From assembly GCA_026387835.1 (NCBI GenBank), contig JAPLKZ010000005.1:1-32000 (forward strand): a stretch of DNA of 32,000 nt. Direction: 5' to 3'. A program made the translations under genes and the position numbers. Under the pieces are notes generated by a model that searched no databases, was not told where the DNA came from, and worked only from the letters and a program-made list of their open reading frames with translations. Each line of letters begins with the position of its first letter. Within the stretch, counting starts at the first letter, position 1. Positions 1 to 9,042 of this stretch are shown in pieces. Origin of the DNA: Candidatus Saganbacteria bacterium (GTDB lineage: Bacteria > Margulisbacteria > WOR-1 > JAKLHX01).

Positions 1-695
1 AACTAAAACAATTGGATTACAAAGACTATTACAAAATACTCGGGGTCAGCGAAAAAGTAAACGTTGACGAAGTAAAACGCGCTTATAGGCAGCTTGCCAA
101 AAAGTACCATCCCGACATGAACCCTAACGACCGCAAGGGCGCGGAGATAAAATTCAAAGAAATCTCCGAAGCCTATTATGTGCTCGGCGACGAAAAAAGA
201 AAACAGGAATACGACATGATGCGCAAGGGGGGATATGCCTATACTGGAAGGCCCGGCCAGTCGTACGCGAATACCCAGGGGTTCGACATCGACGACCTTC
301 TTTCCCACCTCGGTTTTGCGACACGGAGCAGCGGCAAAAGAAGTGCTTCAACCCGGAGTGCCCGCTCGGCACAGATGGACTTTGACGTTTTTGACGATGC
401 ATTCGGAGACACTTTTTCACCGGGGGAGAGAAGGGGTTTTACGAACGTGTATAGTTCATCGCCTCAGACGGAGAATGTCAGCACGGACATAAATGCCCAG
501 ATAGAAATACCGAAAAGGATCGCTGATAACGGAGGGAAAGTAGAACTTTCTATTCAGGGAAGAAAAAATATCACCGTGACGATCCCAAAAGGCGTCACTG
601 ACGGAACAAAGCTCCGGCTTGCAGGTCTCGGGAACCCGTGCCCCTGCTGCGCTAAAAAAGGCGATCTTCTTGTGAAGATAAGGATCAAAGGTTAG
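1..695 (+). CDS. DnaJ/CbpA-like J-domain protein with shortened C-terminal substrate-binding region (5' end probably outside the window)
   Basis: N-terminus DYYKILGVSEKVNVDEVKRAYRQLAKKYHPDMNP is a J-domain with HPD; C-terminus VTIPKGVTDGTKLRLAGLG...GDLLVKIRIKG is DnaJ C-domain-like. The frame is open to base 3 (L-K-Q-L-D-Y-K-D), so the TTG at 12 may not be the real start. Confidence 0.9.
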   Translation, partial: LKQLDYKDYYKILGVSEKVNVDEVKRAYRQLAKKYHPDMNPNDRKGAEIKFKEISEAYYVLGDEKRKQEYDMMRKGGYAYTGRPGQSYANTQGFDIDDLLSHLGFATRSSGKRSASTRSARSAQMDFDVFDDAFGDTFSPGERRGFTNVYSSSPQTENVSTDINAQIEIPKRIADNGGKVELSIQGRKNITVTIPKGVTDGTKLRLAGLGNPCPCCAKKGDLLVKIRIKG

Positions 696-759
696 GCGCC
701 AATAGATTTGACATTCGTCCATTATTCGTCTACTATTCGTCTATACCATTTAAGGGGGG

Positions 760-1794
760 TTGGCAATGTTTAAACCAAGATATTCCATAACCAATAAACT
801 GCTTGAGAACATCAAAAGAATAACAGAGCTGGTCACACAGCTGAACAGCAAGAGGTTTCCCAGGGTGGTACTGATGGCGATGGAAAAAGAAGCCAGGGAG
901 CTGTCTTCACATACTTCAACGAGCATAGAAGGCAATCCCCTGCCTCTGACCGAAGTGAAAAGGATCCTCAAAACAAGGCCCGGGAACCTGAGGGATACGG
1001 AGCGCGAGGTCATAAATTATAACCGTGCGCTGGAAGACCTTAATAAGTTATTGCGCAAGGGGCCTCCGCTGCTCAGCAGTAAATTGGTCCTTGATATCCA
1101 GAGATCCATCACAAAAGGACTGATAGAGAAGCATCGCTGCGGCAGACTGCGCGATGAACCGGTGTTCGTGAACGATCCAAGAACGGGGAAAACGATCTAT
1201 TGGCCGCCCGATCAGAAGGACGTCAAGAAATTGCTTGATGAATTGCTCGAATATACCGGGAAGAACAAAGTGAGGACAGACCCTCTTATTCTGGCCGGCA
1301 TTTTTCACAAGCAATTCGTGATAATCCATCCCTTTATGGACGGCAACGGAAGGACATCAAGACTCGCGACAAAAGTTTTGCTGGCTTCGATGGGACTTGA
1401 TACATTTAACCTGTTCAGCTTTGAGAATTATTACAACAAGAATGTGGGCAAATATTTTGAAAAGGTCGGGGTCAGGAACAACTATTATAACATCAAAGAA
1501 AGCGTTGATTTTACCGGGTGGCTCGAATATTTTACGGACGGTATAATCGATGAGCTGCTGCGCGTGAGCAAGGAACTGGAGGCGTCAGCGCTTTCTCCCA
1601 AAACCGCGCTAAGAACCTGCGACAAACAGGTGATCGATCACATTAAAAAACATGGATACATCACCGACAAGGAGTATTCCGGCCTTACAAAGAGAGCCAA
1701 GGCGACGCGGAACAAAGATTTTAACAGGCTTATTGACATGGGCCTTATAAAAAAATTGGGCAAAGGCAAAGCGACGTATTATAAACTGAGGTAA
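760..1794 (+). CDS. Fic family protein with C-terminal winged-helix-like segment
   Basis: Fic motif HPFMDGNGRTSR; N-terminal inhibitory-type motif TSTSIEGN; C-terminal VIDHIKKHGYITDKEYSGLTKRAKATRNKDFNRLIDMGLIKKLGKGKATYYKL resembles wHTH. Confidence 0.93.
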   Translation: MAMFKPRYSITNKLLENIKRITELVTQLNSKRFPRVVLMAMEKEARELSSHTSTSIEGNPLPLTEVKRILKTRPGNLRDTEREVINYNRALEDLNKLLRKGPPLLSSKLVLDIQRSITKGLIEKHRCGRLRDEPVFVNDPRTGKTIYWPPDQKDVKKLLDELLEYTGKNKVRTDPLILAGIFHKQFVIIHPFMDGNGRTSRLATKVLLASMGLDTFNLFSFENYYNKNVGKYFEKVGVRNNYYNIKESVDFTGWLEYFTDGIIDELLRVSKELEASALSPKTALRTCDKQVIDHIKKHGYITDKEYSGLTKRAKATRNKDFNRLIDMGLIKKLGKGKATYYKLR

Positions 1795-1800
1795 AAAGCC

Positions 1801-1848
1801 TGCGCTAAAAAGGGCGATCTGCTGGTGAAAGTGAATGTGAGAAACTAA
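1801..1848 (+). pseudogene. Second copy of the DnaJ 3' terminus (fragment)
   Basis: Encodes CAKKGDLLVKVNVRN-stop; compare CAKKGDLLVKIRIKG-stop at 648-695. Both are 48 nt, with 26/29 identity in the first 29 nt. Confidence 0.8.
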
Positions 1849-1849
1849 A

Positions 1850-3205
1850 TCAAACGCCTTCCGGTGTTTTGTCCTTTTTTCTAAGCGCGGTCATTACTCT
1901 TCTGTACCTCAAAAGCCCGCCAAGGCTGACAAGTCCGAAAAAGGACAATGCCGTTCCCGCGAAATTAAGCGGATCGGATAAATAAGCCAGAAGATCAAAT
2001 CCTTTAGCGCCACCCGCTTTGCTTGCGGCACGAACAGATGGTACCGGCGCGGCAGCAGCAGCGGTCTCCAACGGACGTGAAGCGGTGATCGCCGGTGTTT
2101 TTAAGATCGTCTTTGCGGCTATTGCTGCCGGTTTGACAATTTCTCCGGGAACGGTTTCAGGCACGGCTGCCAAGGCCGGTCCCTTAGGTGCGGATAGGCT
2201 TGCGGTCTTTGTCTTGAGGCTTTCCCCGAAGGAAGGCGGGAGAAGGGTTACTGAGACATAATGTGTTATATTTTCAGAGCCTTCGTGATACGGATGATAT
2301 GCATAATCTACTTGAATAAACCCCAGCCGCAGTCCGACACCGAACGTCGGATCTGAAGAAACTTTTGTATCTGAGGCTGCGCTGAGCGACTGATCGATCC
2401 CTCCCCTCAAAATCAAGATAGGATGTATCATCCATTCCACACCGGCATGCATCAACGAAGGCACATTTCTGGATACATAGGTGTCCCTGTCGACTTCTAC
2501 TTTTAATTTATTATCAAGCAGATTGACAGCTGCGCCGGCTTTCACAACACAGGGAATGCTTTCGTATACCCCGTTATACCAGTTCATCCTGCCGCCGCTT
2601 TCGACAGGCAGTACGTTTTGCGCCACGGCCCCAAGGCTTAGCCAGTTAAAAGGCGTGAATTTAGCGCCTACATCAAGGTCCTTCCCGAGCCCGGATGCGG
2701 CAAACGAACCGGTAAATCCTTCATCAAAGACTTTTGCGCTGGCGCCGACACTGAGAGCTTCGTTAAGTTTAGCGGCAGCAGTAACGACATACAAATTGTT
2801 ATGATAATCAAAATAGCTAAATCCTGTCTGAGAAGGCGAGGGGATATTAGTAACCTGGGACCCAACGGCTCCGATGCCCAGGGCGCCCTCTATCCCGCCA
2901 AGATTGAACGGTGTCGCGACCGCGAGTGTCGCATAAGGGATATCATTAAGCACGTTGGAATACATCGAGAGCATCGTCCACGATTTTATCGATGCCAGCC
3001 CGGCAGGATTCATGAAGATGGAGCTGGCGTCATCTGCCGAAGCTACGAATGCTTTTCCCATGCCCATCGGTCTTGCGCCGACACCTATCTTCATAGGATC
3101 TTCCTGGATACCTACCACCGTCAGGGCAAGTAAAGGTCTTATTTGCGATATCAACATTGTGCAAACGATCAAGGTAAAAATAATACATCTATTTAATGTA
3201 TTCAT
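1850..3205 (-). CDS. PorV/PorQ-like (UPF0164-type) outer-membrane beta-barrel protein with Ala/Pro linker and C-terminal TM segment
   Basis: GARPMGMGKAFVASADDASSIFMNPAGLA motif, repeated beta-barrel-like strands; C-terminus FAGTALSFFGLVSLGGLLRYRR. Confidence 0.7.
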   Translation of the reverse strand: MNTLNRCIIFTLIVCTMLISQIRPLLALTVVGIQEDPMKIGVGARPMGMGKAFVASADDASSIFMNPAGLASIKSWTMLSMYSNVLNDIPYATLAVATPFNLGGIEGALGIGAVGSQVTNIPSPSQTGFSYFDYHNNLYVVTAAAKLNEALSVGASAKVFDEGFTGSFAASGLGKDLDVGAKFTPFNWLSLGAVAQNVLPVESGGRMNWYNGVYESIPCVVKAGAAVNLLDNKLKVEVDRDTYVSRNVPSLMHAGVEWMIHPILILRGGIDQSLSAASDTKVSSDPTFGVGLRLGFIQVDYAYHPYHEGSENITHYVSVTLLPPSFGESLKTKTASLSAPKGPALAAVPETVPGEIVKPAAIAAKTILKTPAITASRPLETAAAAAPVPSVRAASKAGGAKGFDLLAYLSDPLNFAGTALSFFGLVSLGGLLRYRRVMTALRKKDKTPEGV

Positions 3206-3975
3206 TTTACGTACACTGCTATCTTTCCTCTGGCCTTTATCTTGCCGGTGTTCTTGTCGATAAGATGCAGCAGATACAGGCCGGTGCCCGATACCTCGCC
3301 AAAGCCGTTAGTCCCGTTCCAGGTGACAGAATTGTCCCCTTTCTTTCCGCCGTTCTGTCCGGAGAGGAAGTTCATTTTATAGATCAAATCAGCCGATGTA
3401 TTAAATATATAAAGGTTGACGGTCATAGGATTGAAAGGGTTTGGAGAGTTGACCGCCAGGCCCATCGGCAGGCCGTAGCTTGTGACCTTAAACGCCGAAG
3501 CAAGCTGCGTTTGAGTGCCGTCAGGATTGACGATCACTACATTCCGCAGTCCCTCATTTGCGCCTGACAGGTTAAACTTGCAGGTGATGCTTCCGGCGGC
3601 TGCCGCAATGTCAATACCGCTTATGTCGGCCTCTGTCGTCGATGTAAGCTTCACGGTAAGGCCGGTTGCAAAATTGGCTCCCGTTATTGTAACGGAGACC
3701 GGGGCTATGTTCTTTCCTTCAGCAGGGATTATACCGGTGATGATCGGAGAAAAAGCCGCACCTATTATAGAGCCGATAAACCCGCTTGAAGATGAATAAC
3801 TGCCGCTGGACATCCCGACCGCCTGCTTGTAAGAGGAGCTTTGCGTCAGCCCGTAAGAAGAGGAAGAAGCTGTCATGCTGCTTCCGCTGCTAACTGTTTG
3901 TGTCGTCACGCTATAGCTGGCAGAAGTAGCGGCCCAAATTTGCCCTGCCGCAACAACGATCAAAATACCTGCCAA
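3202..3975 (-). CDS. Secreted protein with IPT/TIG-like domain and FlgD-Ig-like C-terminus
   Basis: Ser-rich N-terminus after a hydrophobic segment; PIITGIIPAEGKNIAPVSVTITGANF is TIG-like; NSPNPFNPMT ... GTGLYLLHLIDKNTGKIKARGKIAV resembles FlgD-Ig/T9SS-like C-terminal regions. It overlaps the next gene by 4 nt. Confidence 0.7.
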   Translation of the reverse strand: MAGILIVVAAGQIWAATSASYSVTTQTVSSGSSMTASSSSYGLTQSSSYKQAVGMSSGSYSSSSGFIGSIIGAAFSPIITGIIPAEGKNIAPVSVTITGANFATGLTVKLTSTTEADISGIDIAAAAGSITCKFNLSGANEGLRNVVIVNPDGTQTQLASAFKVTSYGLPMGLAVNSPNPFNPMTVNLYIFNTSADLIYKMNFLSGQNGGKKGDNSVTWNGTNGFGEVSGTGLYLLHLIDKNTGKIKARGKIAVYVK

Positions 3976-4039
3976 AGCCGTTCCGATTAACCTTTTTTCA
4001 TATTTACCATAAAATAATATCTACCGTCATTTGGCGTAT

Positions 4040-6454
4040 TTATTTATACTCGTGAATAATTATAACTCCATTAGCGCCTACACCACCCGTTGCAGTCGTA
4101 TCGGTACCACTAATTCTGAAGCATGCTCCTCCTGCACCTCCGCTTCCATATAATGCTCCTGCGGTTCCTGTAACAGCAATTGCAGTAGTAGGGACATAAA
4201 CACAAATGCTCTGGGAACCATACAAAGAAGCGCCTCCTGCACCAGAGATACCAAGCGTTCCTGACATGCGATATCCGGATCCGCCTGTACTGCCATCAAT
4301 ATTGACATCACCCGTAGTGCCCGCTGCACCTCCGGCCCCACCAGAAGCAGTTAAAATCGTAGATCCACTGGCCATAGTCGTCCCTCCACCACCTCCATTT
4401 GCGGTAATTGATGTTCCATCAAATTGAGTTTGGCCTCCAACTGAACCAGACCCAGGACTTCCTCCAGCACCTCCCGTGCCTACTACGAAAGTAAATGTAG
4501 ATCCACCGCTTGTTGCGATCCGCTTTGATGTGTAGGCACCGCCACCCCCTCCGCCTCCGGCAGCAGCCTTAGTGTTAGTTGTTATAGCAGTTCCTCCTGC
4601 GCCGCCGCCACCCCCACCAATCAATTCAACTTCAATAACCGTTACATCTGCTGGTACAGTATACGGACTCAAGCTTGGTAATGTAATCCTCGAAAGAACA
4701 CCAAGATTTGTTAAAGTGTTGCTAGTGGCGGAAATTGTCTTGTTGGTCAATGTCTGCACAGCATCAAGCGTTACCACATTTGTTGTTAATATGGCATCAG
4801 GCAATGTCCCGGTTGTAATTTTTGATGCATCAAGATTTGGAATTGTGCCGGCTGACAGGGAAATACTATTGTTAGTATCAGATATGGTTTTATTTTTAAA
4901 GGTATTAACTGACTCCGCGGTGACAACACCTGAAATTTTAGAGCCCGCAAGAGATGTTATCCAAGCCGGATCAGCATACGAGCCATTAGAATAGACACCG
5001 TTGGTGACAGTTGTCGCGTTGTTTGCGGAAGTTGCCGAGGTCGCTGTCGCGGCGTTCCCGGAAATATCTATACTATACGACCCCGTTAGTATCCCTGATG
5101 CCAATGTTCCTGTTGTAATTTTTGATGCATCAAGATTTGGAATTGTGCCGGCTGACAGGGAAATACTATTGTTAGTATCGGAGATAGTTTTATTCTTAAA
5201 GGTATTAGCTGATTCCGCGGTGACAACACCTGAGATCTTAGAGCCCGCAAGAGATGTTATCCAAGCCGGATCAGCATACGAGCCATTAGAATAGACACCG
5301 TTGGTGACAGTTGTCGCGTTGTTTGCGGAAGTTGCCGAGGTCGCTGTCGCGGCGTTCCCGGAAATATTTCCTGAGATCTTTGAACCTGCAAGCAATGTTA
5401 TCCAGGCCGGATCAGCATAGGACTCGGTTGTGAGGACGCCGTTCGTTACCGTGATCCCTGTCAGATTGGAACCATCAACAGCTGGTAGTTTTGCTGTTCC
5501 GTCTAATTGGATGAGTTTGCCGGGAGCGTTAAAAGAGTTCCCCTGTGTTGTGACGTTTGTGGAGAGTCTGGAATCCGAAACATTTCCCGCAGTCGCTGAA
5601 TTGATCGCTGCTATTGCACTTTGACCTGCTGCATCAGAAGTGGCCAGAAGATTTGCCGTTATCGCGGTCGTGGCAGAAGTAGCCGCGCCTCCCTTGCTCG
5701 ATGATCCGGCATAGTTAAAATTCGCCATCGTAGAATCTACTGTAACGACATCTGTTCCGCCTGTCTGGTGTGAAGAAGCGTGCGCGCCGGGAAGAGTAGT
5801 CCCAACGACTTTGCTTCCGGAAATGCTGACTATCTTTGCATCTGTTACCGACGCATCAGCAATTTTTGATGTTGTAACAGATCCGTCTGCAATAGAAGCC
5901 GCGGCTATCCCCGTCAACTTTGATCCGTCACCCGAGAAAGCATCAGCAGTGACAATGCCTGTGACAGTTATTCCTCCGGTAAGGGTGCCGCCTGATTTCA
6001 GCAGATAATTTGAAGCCGCGACTCCCGCAAGGTTATCGGAATCGGATGATTTGAAAGCATAGGGGGCCGTTACCAGCTGCATGCGGGGAGCCAGGGTCTC
6101 TCCCGCTATCGTGAGCTCAAGGTACGCATCGCTCCCGTTGAATACCAAAGCGTTGATGGGATCGCTGTTGCTGCCCAGGAGTGCCGAAAAGGTGCCGTGG
6201 CTCTCCGGCACTATATTATATGTAGAGGAGGTCCACAGTGCCGTTCCGCCTGTCAGGCCGTCGTAGATCTTAAAGGTTACTGCCTTTGTTGTGGTAACGG
6301 GGTTTCCCGCAGTATCGACAAGCCTGCCTTCGTAGCTTATCCTTGTCGGGATACTTGCTGAAGCTACTGATGTGATGACCGAGACCGGGACAAATAAAAC
6401 CGCTACCAAGATGAACAAGGGTACAAGCTTAGACAACAGATTAGAGTTCAACAT
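4040..6454 (-). CDS. Large secreted tail-fibre-like repeat protein with Gly-rich C-terminal domain
   Basis: Signal-peptide-like N-terminus, ISYEGRLVDTAGNPVTTTKAVTFKIYDG, repeated LAGSKISG/NKTISDTNNSISLS modules, C-terminal YTVPADVTVIEVELIGGGGGGAGG. Confidence 0.75.
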   Translation of the reverse strand: MLNSNLLSKLVPLFILVAVLFVPVSVITSVASASIPTRISYEGRLVDTAGNPVTTTKAVTFKIYDGLTGGTALWTSSTYNIVPESHGTFSALLGSNSDPINALVFNGSDAYLELTIAGETLAPRMQLVTAPYAFKSSDSDNLAGVAASNYLLKSGGTLTGGITVTGIVTADAFSGDGSKLTGIAAASIADGSVTTSKIADASVTDAKIVSISGSKVVGTTLPGAHASSHQTGGTDVVTVDSTMANFNYAGSSSKGGAATSATTAITANLLATSDAAGQSAIAAINSATAGNVSDSRLSTNVTTQGNSFNAPGKLIQLDGTAKLPAVDGSNLTGITVTNGVLTTESYADPAWITLLAGSKISGNISGNAATATSATSANNATTVTNGVYSNGSYADPAWITSLAGSKISGVVTAESANTFKNKTISDTNNSISLSAGTIPNLDASKITTGTLASGILTGSYSIDISGNAATATSATSANNATTVTNGVYSNGSYADPAWITSLAGSKISGVVTAESVNTFKNKTISDTNNSISLSAGTIPNLDASKITTGTLPDAILTTNVVTLDAVQTLTNKTISATSNTLTNLGVLSRITLPSLSPYTVPADVTVIEVELIGGGGGGAGGTAITTNTKAAAGGGGGGGAYTSKRIATSGGSTFTFVVGTGGAGGSPGSGSVGGQTQFDGTSITANGGGGGTTMASGSTILTASGGAGGAAGTTGDVNIDGSTGGSGYRMSGTLGISGAGGASLYGSQSICVYVPTTAIAVTGTAGALYGSGGAGGACFRISGTDTTATGGVGANGVIIIHEYK
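4813..5367. repeat. Coding tandem direct repeat, 300-bp period (4813-5067 and 5113-5367)
   Basis: Aligned by eye at exact offset 300: about 8 mismatches in 255 bp; 4937-5067 identical to 5237-5367. The unit encodes 100 aa. A partial third, more diverged unit follows from 5371. Confidence 0.93.
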
Positions 6455-6793
6455 AATTTTTCTTCCTCCTTAGATTGTTTTTCGGGGTGCCGGATGTTCA
6501 TATATTATAACATGCCTTTCGCTCTTGCAAATAAAGGCCGTTTGCCATTTCAACTATCATCACTATGCAACATTCCGTATTCCTCATACAACAGCATATC
6601 GGACGCATTTCTCGGAAATTTCACGCAATTTTCATTTCAGGCCCGGATCAGTTTAATAGCAACAGGATTATTATGTGACTGAGATCTAGAAAAACAAAAA
6701 GCGCATTTTACCTCGGTCAAACGCCGTTCTGTTATAATTTGTTATGATTACGGAAGATCATGTTTGGCGTAACGGGATTCATATCCGGAAAGC

Positions 6794-8002
6794 ATGCATG
6801 TGAGAAAATATCTCATAAAAACCTACGGTTGCCAGATGAATGAAAATGATTCCGAGATCATTGCGGGCATCCTCGAAAAGAACGGTCTTGTTAAGGCTTC
6901 AGATATTAAAGAGGCTGACATCGTGATCGCCAACACGTGCTCGGTCCGCGACGCGGCAGAGAGAAAAGCAGCCGGATTCATAAATACACTTATCAAGCTC
7001 AAAAAAGAAAAACCCGGCCTGCTTGTCGGGGTCGTGGGCTGCATGGCAGAGAGGCTGGGGGAGGAGCTGGTCAAAAAGTTCAAATTCGTTGATTTTGTTA
7101 TGGGGACAAGCGACTTCCGCAACTTCAAAGACACTTCCATAATCAAACGCGAGCCATCCGTAAATGCCTGGATCACGATAATGGAAGGCTGCGATAATTT
7201 CTGCTCGTTCTGTATCGTTCCTTACGTGAGAGGCAGGGAAAAGAGCAAACCCGTTGCGGATATATTGAAAGAGATCGATGAACTCGATAAAAATGTTTTT
7301 AAAGAAATAACACTTCTAGGCCAGAACGTGAACTCATACTCTTACGGTTTTCCGCATCTTCTGGACGCGGTCTCGAAGATCAATGGCATCAAAAGGATAA
7401 GGTTCATGACCTCCCATCCAAAGAATATGTCGGATGAGATAATCGAAGCGGTAAAAAATACCCCCAAAGTCTGCGAGAACTTCCATCTCCCGCTCCAGAG
7501 CGGGGACGATGAAATATTAAAAAGGATGAACAGGGGATATGACAGCGATTATTTCAGGAGGCTTGTCGAAAAAATAAGAAAAAAGATCACGGCATCAGCA
7601 ATTACTTCTGATGCGATAGCCGGTTTTCCGGGTGAGACGGATGAACAGTTCGAAAACACACTGCACTTGATATCGGAGCTGGAACTGGACGCGGTCAACA
7701 CGCTTGCTTATGATGTAAGGCCCGGCACAGCCGCGGAAAAGATGGAAGGAAGAGTGCCTCAGAAGATCGTCGATGAAAGGCTTCAGCAGCTTATAAAAGT
7801 TGTGGAAGAGACTTCATTCAAAAAGAACCAGTCTCTTGCCGGGTCAGTACAGGAGATCCTCGTAGAAAAAAAAGGCAAAGGCAGGACCAGGAGCCACAAA
7901 ATGGTAAAATATCCAAGTGAAGCGGATGAGACCGGAAAACTCATAAAAGTCAGAATAAAATCGGCAAAGTCGTGGGTGTTGCTAGGAGAGGTTGTAAGTT
8001 GA
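6794..8002 (+). CDS. miaB: tRNA-2-methylthio-N6-dimethylallyladenosine synthase, radical SAM
   Basis: KTYGCQMNENDSEIIAGIL, EGCDNFCSFCIVPYVRGREKS (CxxxCxxC), GQNVNSY, TRAM-like C-terminus. Confidence 0.95.
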   Translation: MHVRKYLIKTYGCQMNENDSEIIAGILEKNGLVKASDIKEADIVIANTCSVRDAAERKAAGFINTLIKLKKEKPGLLVGVVGCMAERLGEELVKKFKFVDFVMGTSDFRNFKDTSIIKREPSVNAWITIMEGCDNFCSFCIVPYVRGREKSKPVADILKEIDELDKNVFKEITLLGQNVNSYSYGFPHLLDAVSKINGIKRIRFMTSHPKNMSDEIIEAVKNTPKVCENFHLPLQSGDDEILKRMNRGYDSDYFRRLVEKIRKKITASAITSDAIAGFPGETDEQFENTLHLISELELDAVNTLAYDVRPGTAAEKMEGRVPQKIVDERLQQLIKVVEETSFKKNQSLAGSVQEILVEKKGKGRTRSHKMVKYPSEADETGKLIKVRIKSAKSWVLLGEVVS

Positions 8003-8029
8003 TATAATGAAACAAGCAAGGAGAAAATA

Positions 8030-8983
8030 ATGACAAGCGAAAAAAACGATTCCCTGATGATATTTTCGGGCACGACGGCGCCGGTATTCGCGTCGGATGT
8101 GGCAAATTATATCGGGCTTAAGCTCGGAGGGATACAAATATCAAAGTTCCCGTCGGGCGAAATATACGCGCGCATCAAAGATAATGTGAGGGGGAAATCC
8201 GTTTTCGTGGTGCAGACGGGGACGCAGAACGTGAACGAAGATATCATGGAGCTTCTGATAATAATAGATGCTATGAAAAGAGCTTCCTGCAGGAGCATAA
8301 CAACTGTCATCCCGCACCTTCCGTACGCAAGACAGGACAGAAAGGCGGCGTCCCGCGAGCCGATCTCCGCAAAGCTGATCGCAGACCTTTTAACAGCAGT
8401 CGGAGTGCACAGGGTTATAACGATCGATATGCATTCAGACCAGATACAGGGGTTCTTTAACTGCCCGGTGGACACACTTACGGCCCTGCCTCTGTTCGCG
8501 GCCTATATAAAGGGCAAGAACATCAAGGATCCCGTCATAGTGGCCCCTGATACCGGCAGGGCTAAGACCTCGAAAAAACTGGCTGACAGGCTGGGTTGCC
8601 CGCTTGCGATAATTCACAAACAGCGGCCGGAGCACAGCACGTCAGAGGTGACCCATGTGGTCGGCGATGTGAAAGGCAAGACAGCTATCATAGTGGACGA
8701 CATGATAGATACCGCGGGCACCGCCACGAACGGCGTAAAAGCGCTTATCGATATGGGAGCTGAAAAGGATGTGTATCTGATGGCGACGCATGCGATCCTG
8801 TCAGGCCCGGCAGTGGAGCGGATAACAAAGGCGGGGATAAAGGAATGCATCGTCACCGATTCCGTTCCCGTACCTAAGGAAAGACAGTTCCCTTCGTTAA
8901 AAATAATATCGGTAGCCCCGCTGTTCGGCGAGGCGATAATGAGAGCGCATGAGAATTTGTCGATAAGTTCGTTATTTGATTAA
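8030..8983 (+). CDS. prs: Ribose-phosphate pyrophosphokinase
   Basis: MIFSGTTAPVFASDVANYIGLKLGG, PHLPYARQDRK, VVAPDTGRAKTSKKLADRLG, IVDDMIDTAGTATNGV. Confidence 0.96.
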   Translation: MTSEKNDSLMIFSGTTAPVFASDVANYIGLKLGGIQISKFPSGEIYARIKDNVRGKSVFVVQTGTQNVNEDIMELLIIIDAMKRASCRSITTVIPHLPYARQDRKAASREPISAKLIADLLTAVGVHRVITIDMHSDQIQGFFNCPVDTLTALPLFAAYIKGKNIKDPVIVAPDTGRAKTSKKLADRLGCPLAIIHKQRPEHSTSEVTHVVGDVKGKTAIIVDDMIDTAGTATNGVKALIDMGAEKDVYLMATHAILSGPAVERITKAGIKECIVTDSVPVPKERQFPSLKIISVAPLFGEAIMRAHENLSISSLFD

Positions 8984-8994
8984 CCCCCTCTGTA

Positions 8995-9016
8995 TCTCCC
9001 CCTTTTCAGGGGGAGA
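8995..9016. promoter_or_regulatory. Short hairpin between prs and hom
   Basis: tctccccc-ttttca-gggggaga, 8-bp perfect stem. Confidence 0.5.
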
Positions 9017-9042
9017 GGGGAAGGAATTTAGGAAAAGAGGAA

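Noticed and set aside
4206-6266. Plus-strand ORFs antisense to the large surface protein (e.g. 4572..4994, 5001..5294)
   Set aside because: Pro/Val-rich mirror reading of a Gly/Thr/Asn-rich repeat gene; the repeated antisense peptides simply follow the 300-bp coding repeat.
6494-6682. 62-aa ORF upstream of miaB
   Set aside because: Short, no motif and no convincing RBS; probably chance in a ~340-bp intergenic region.
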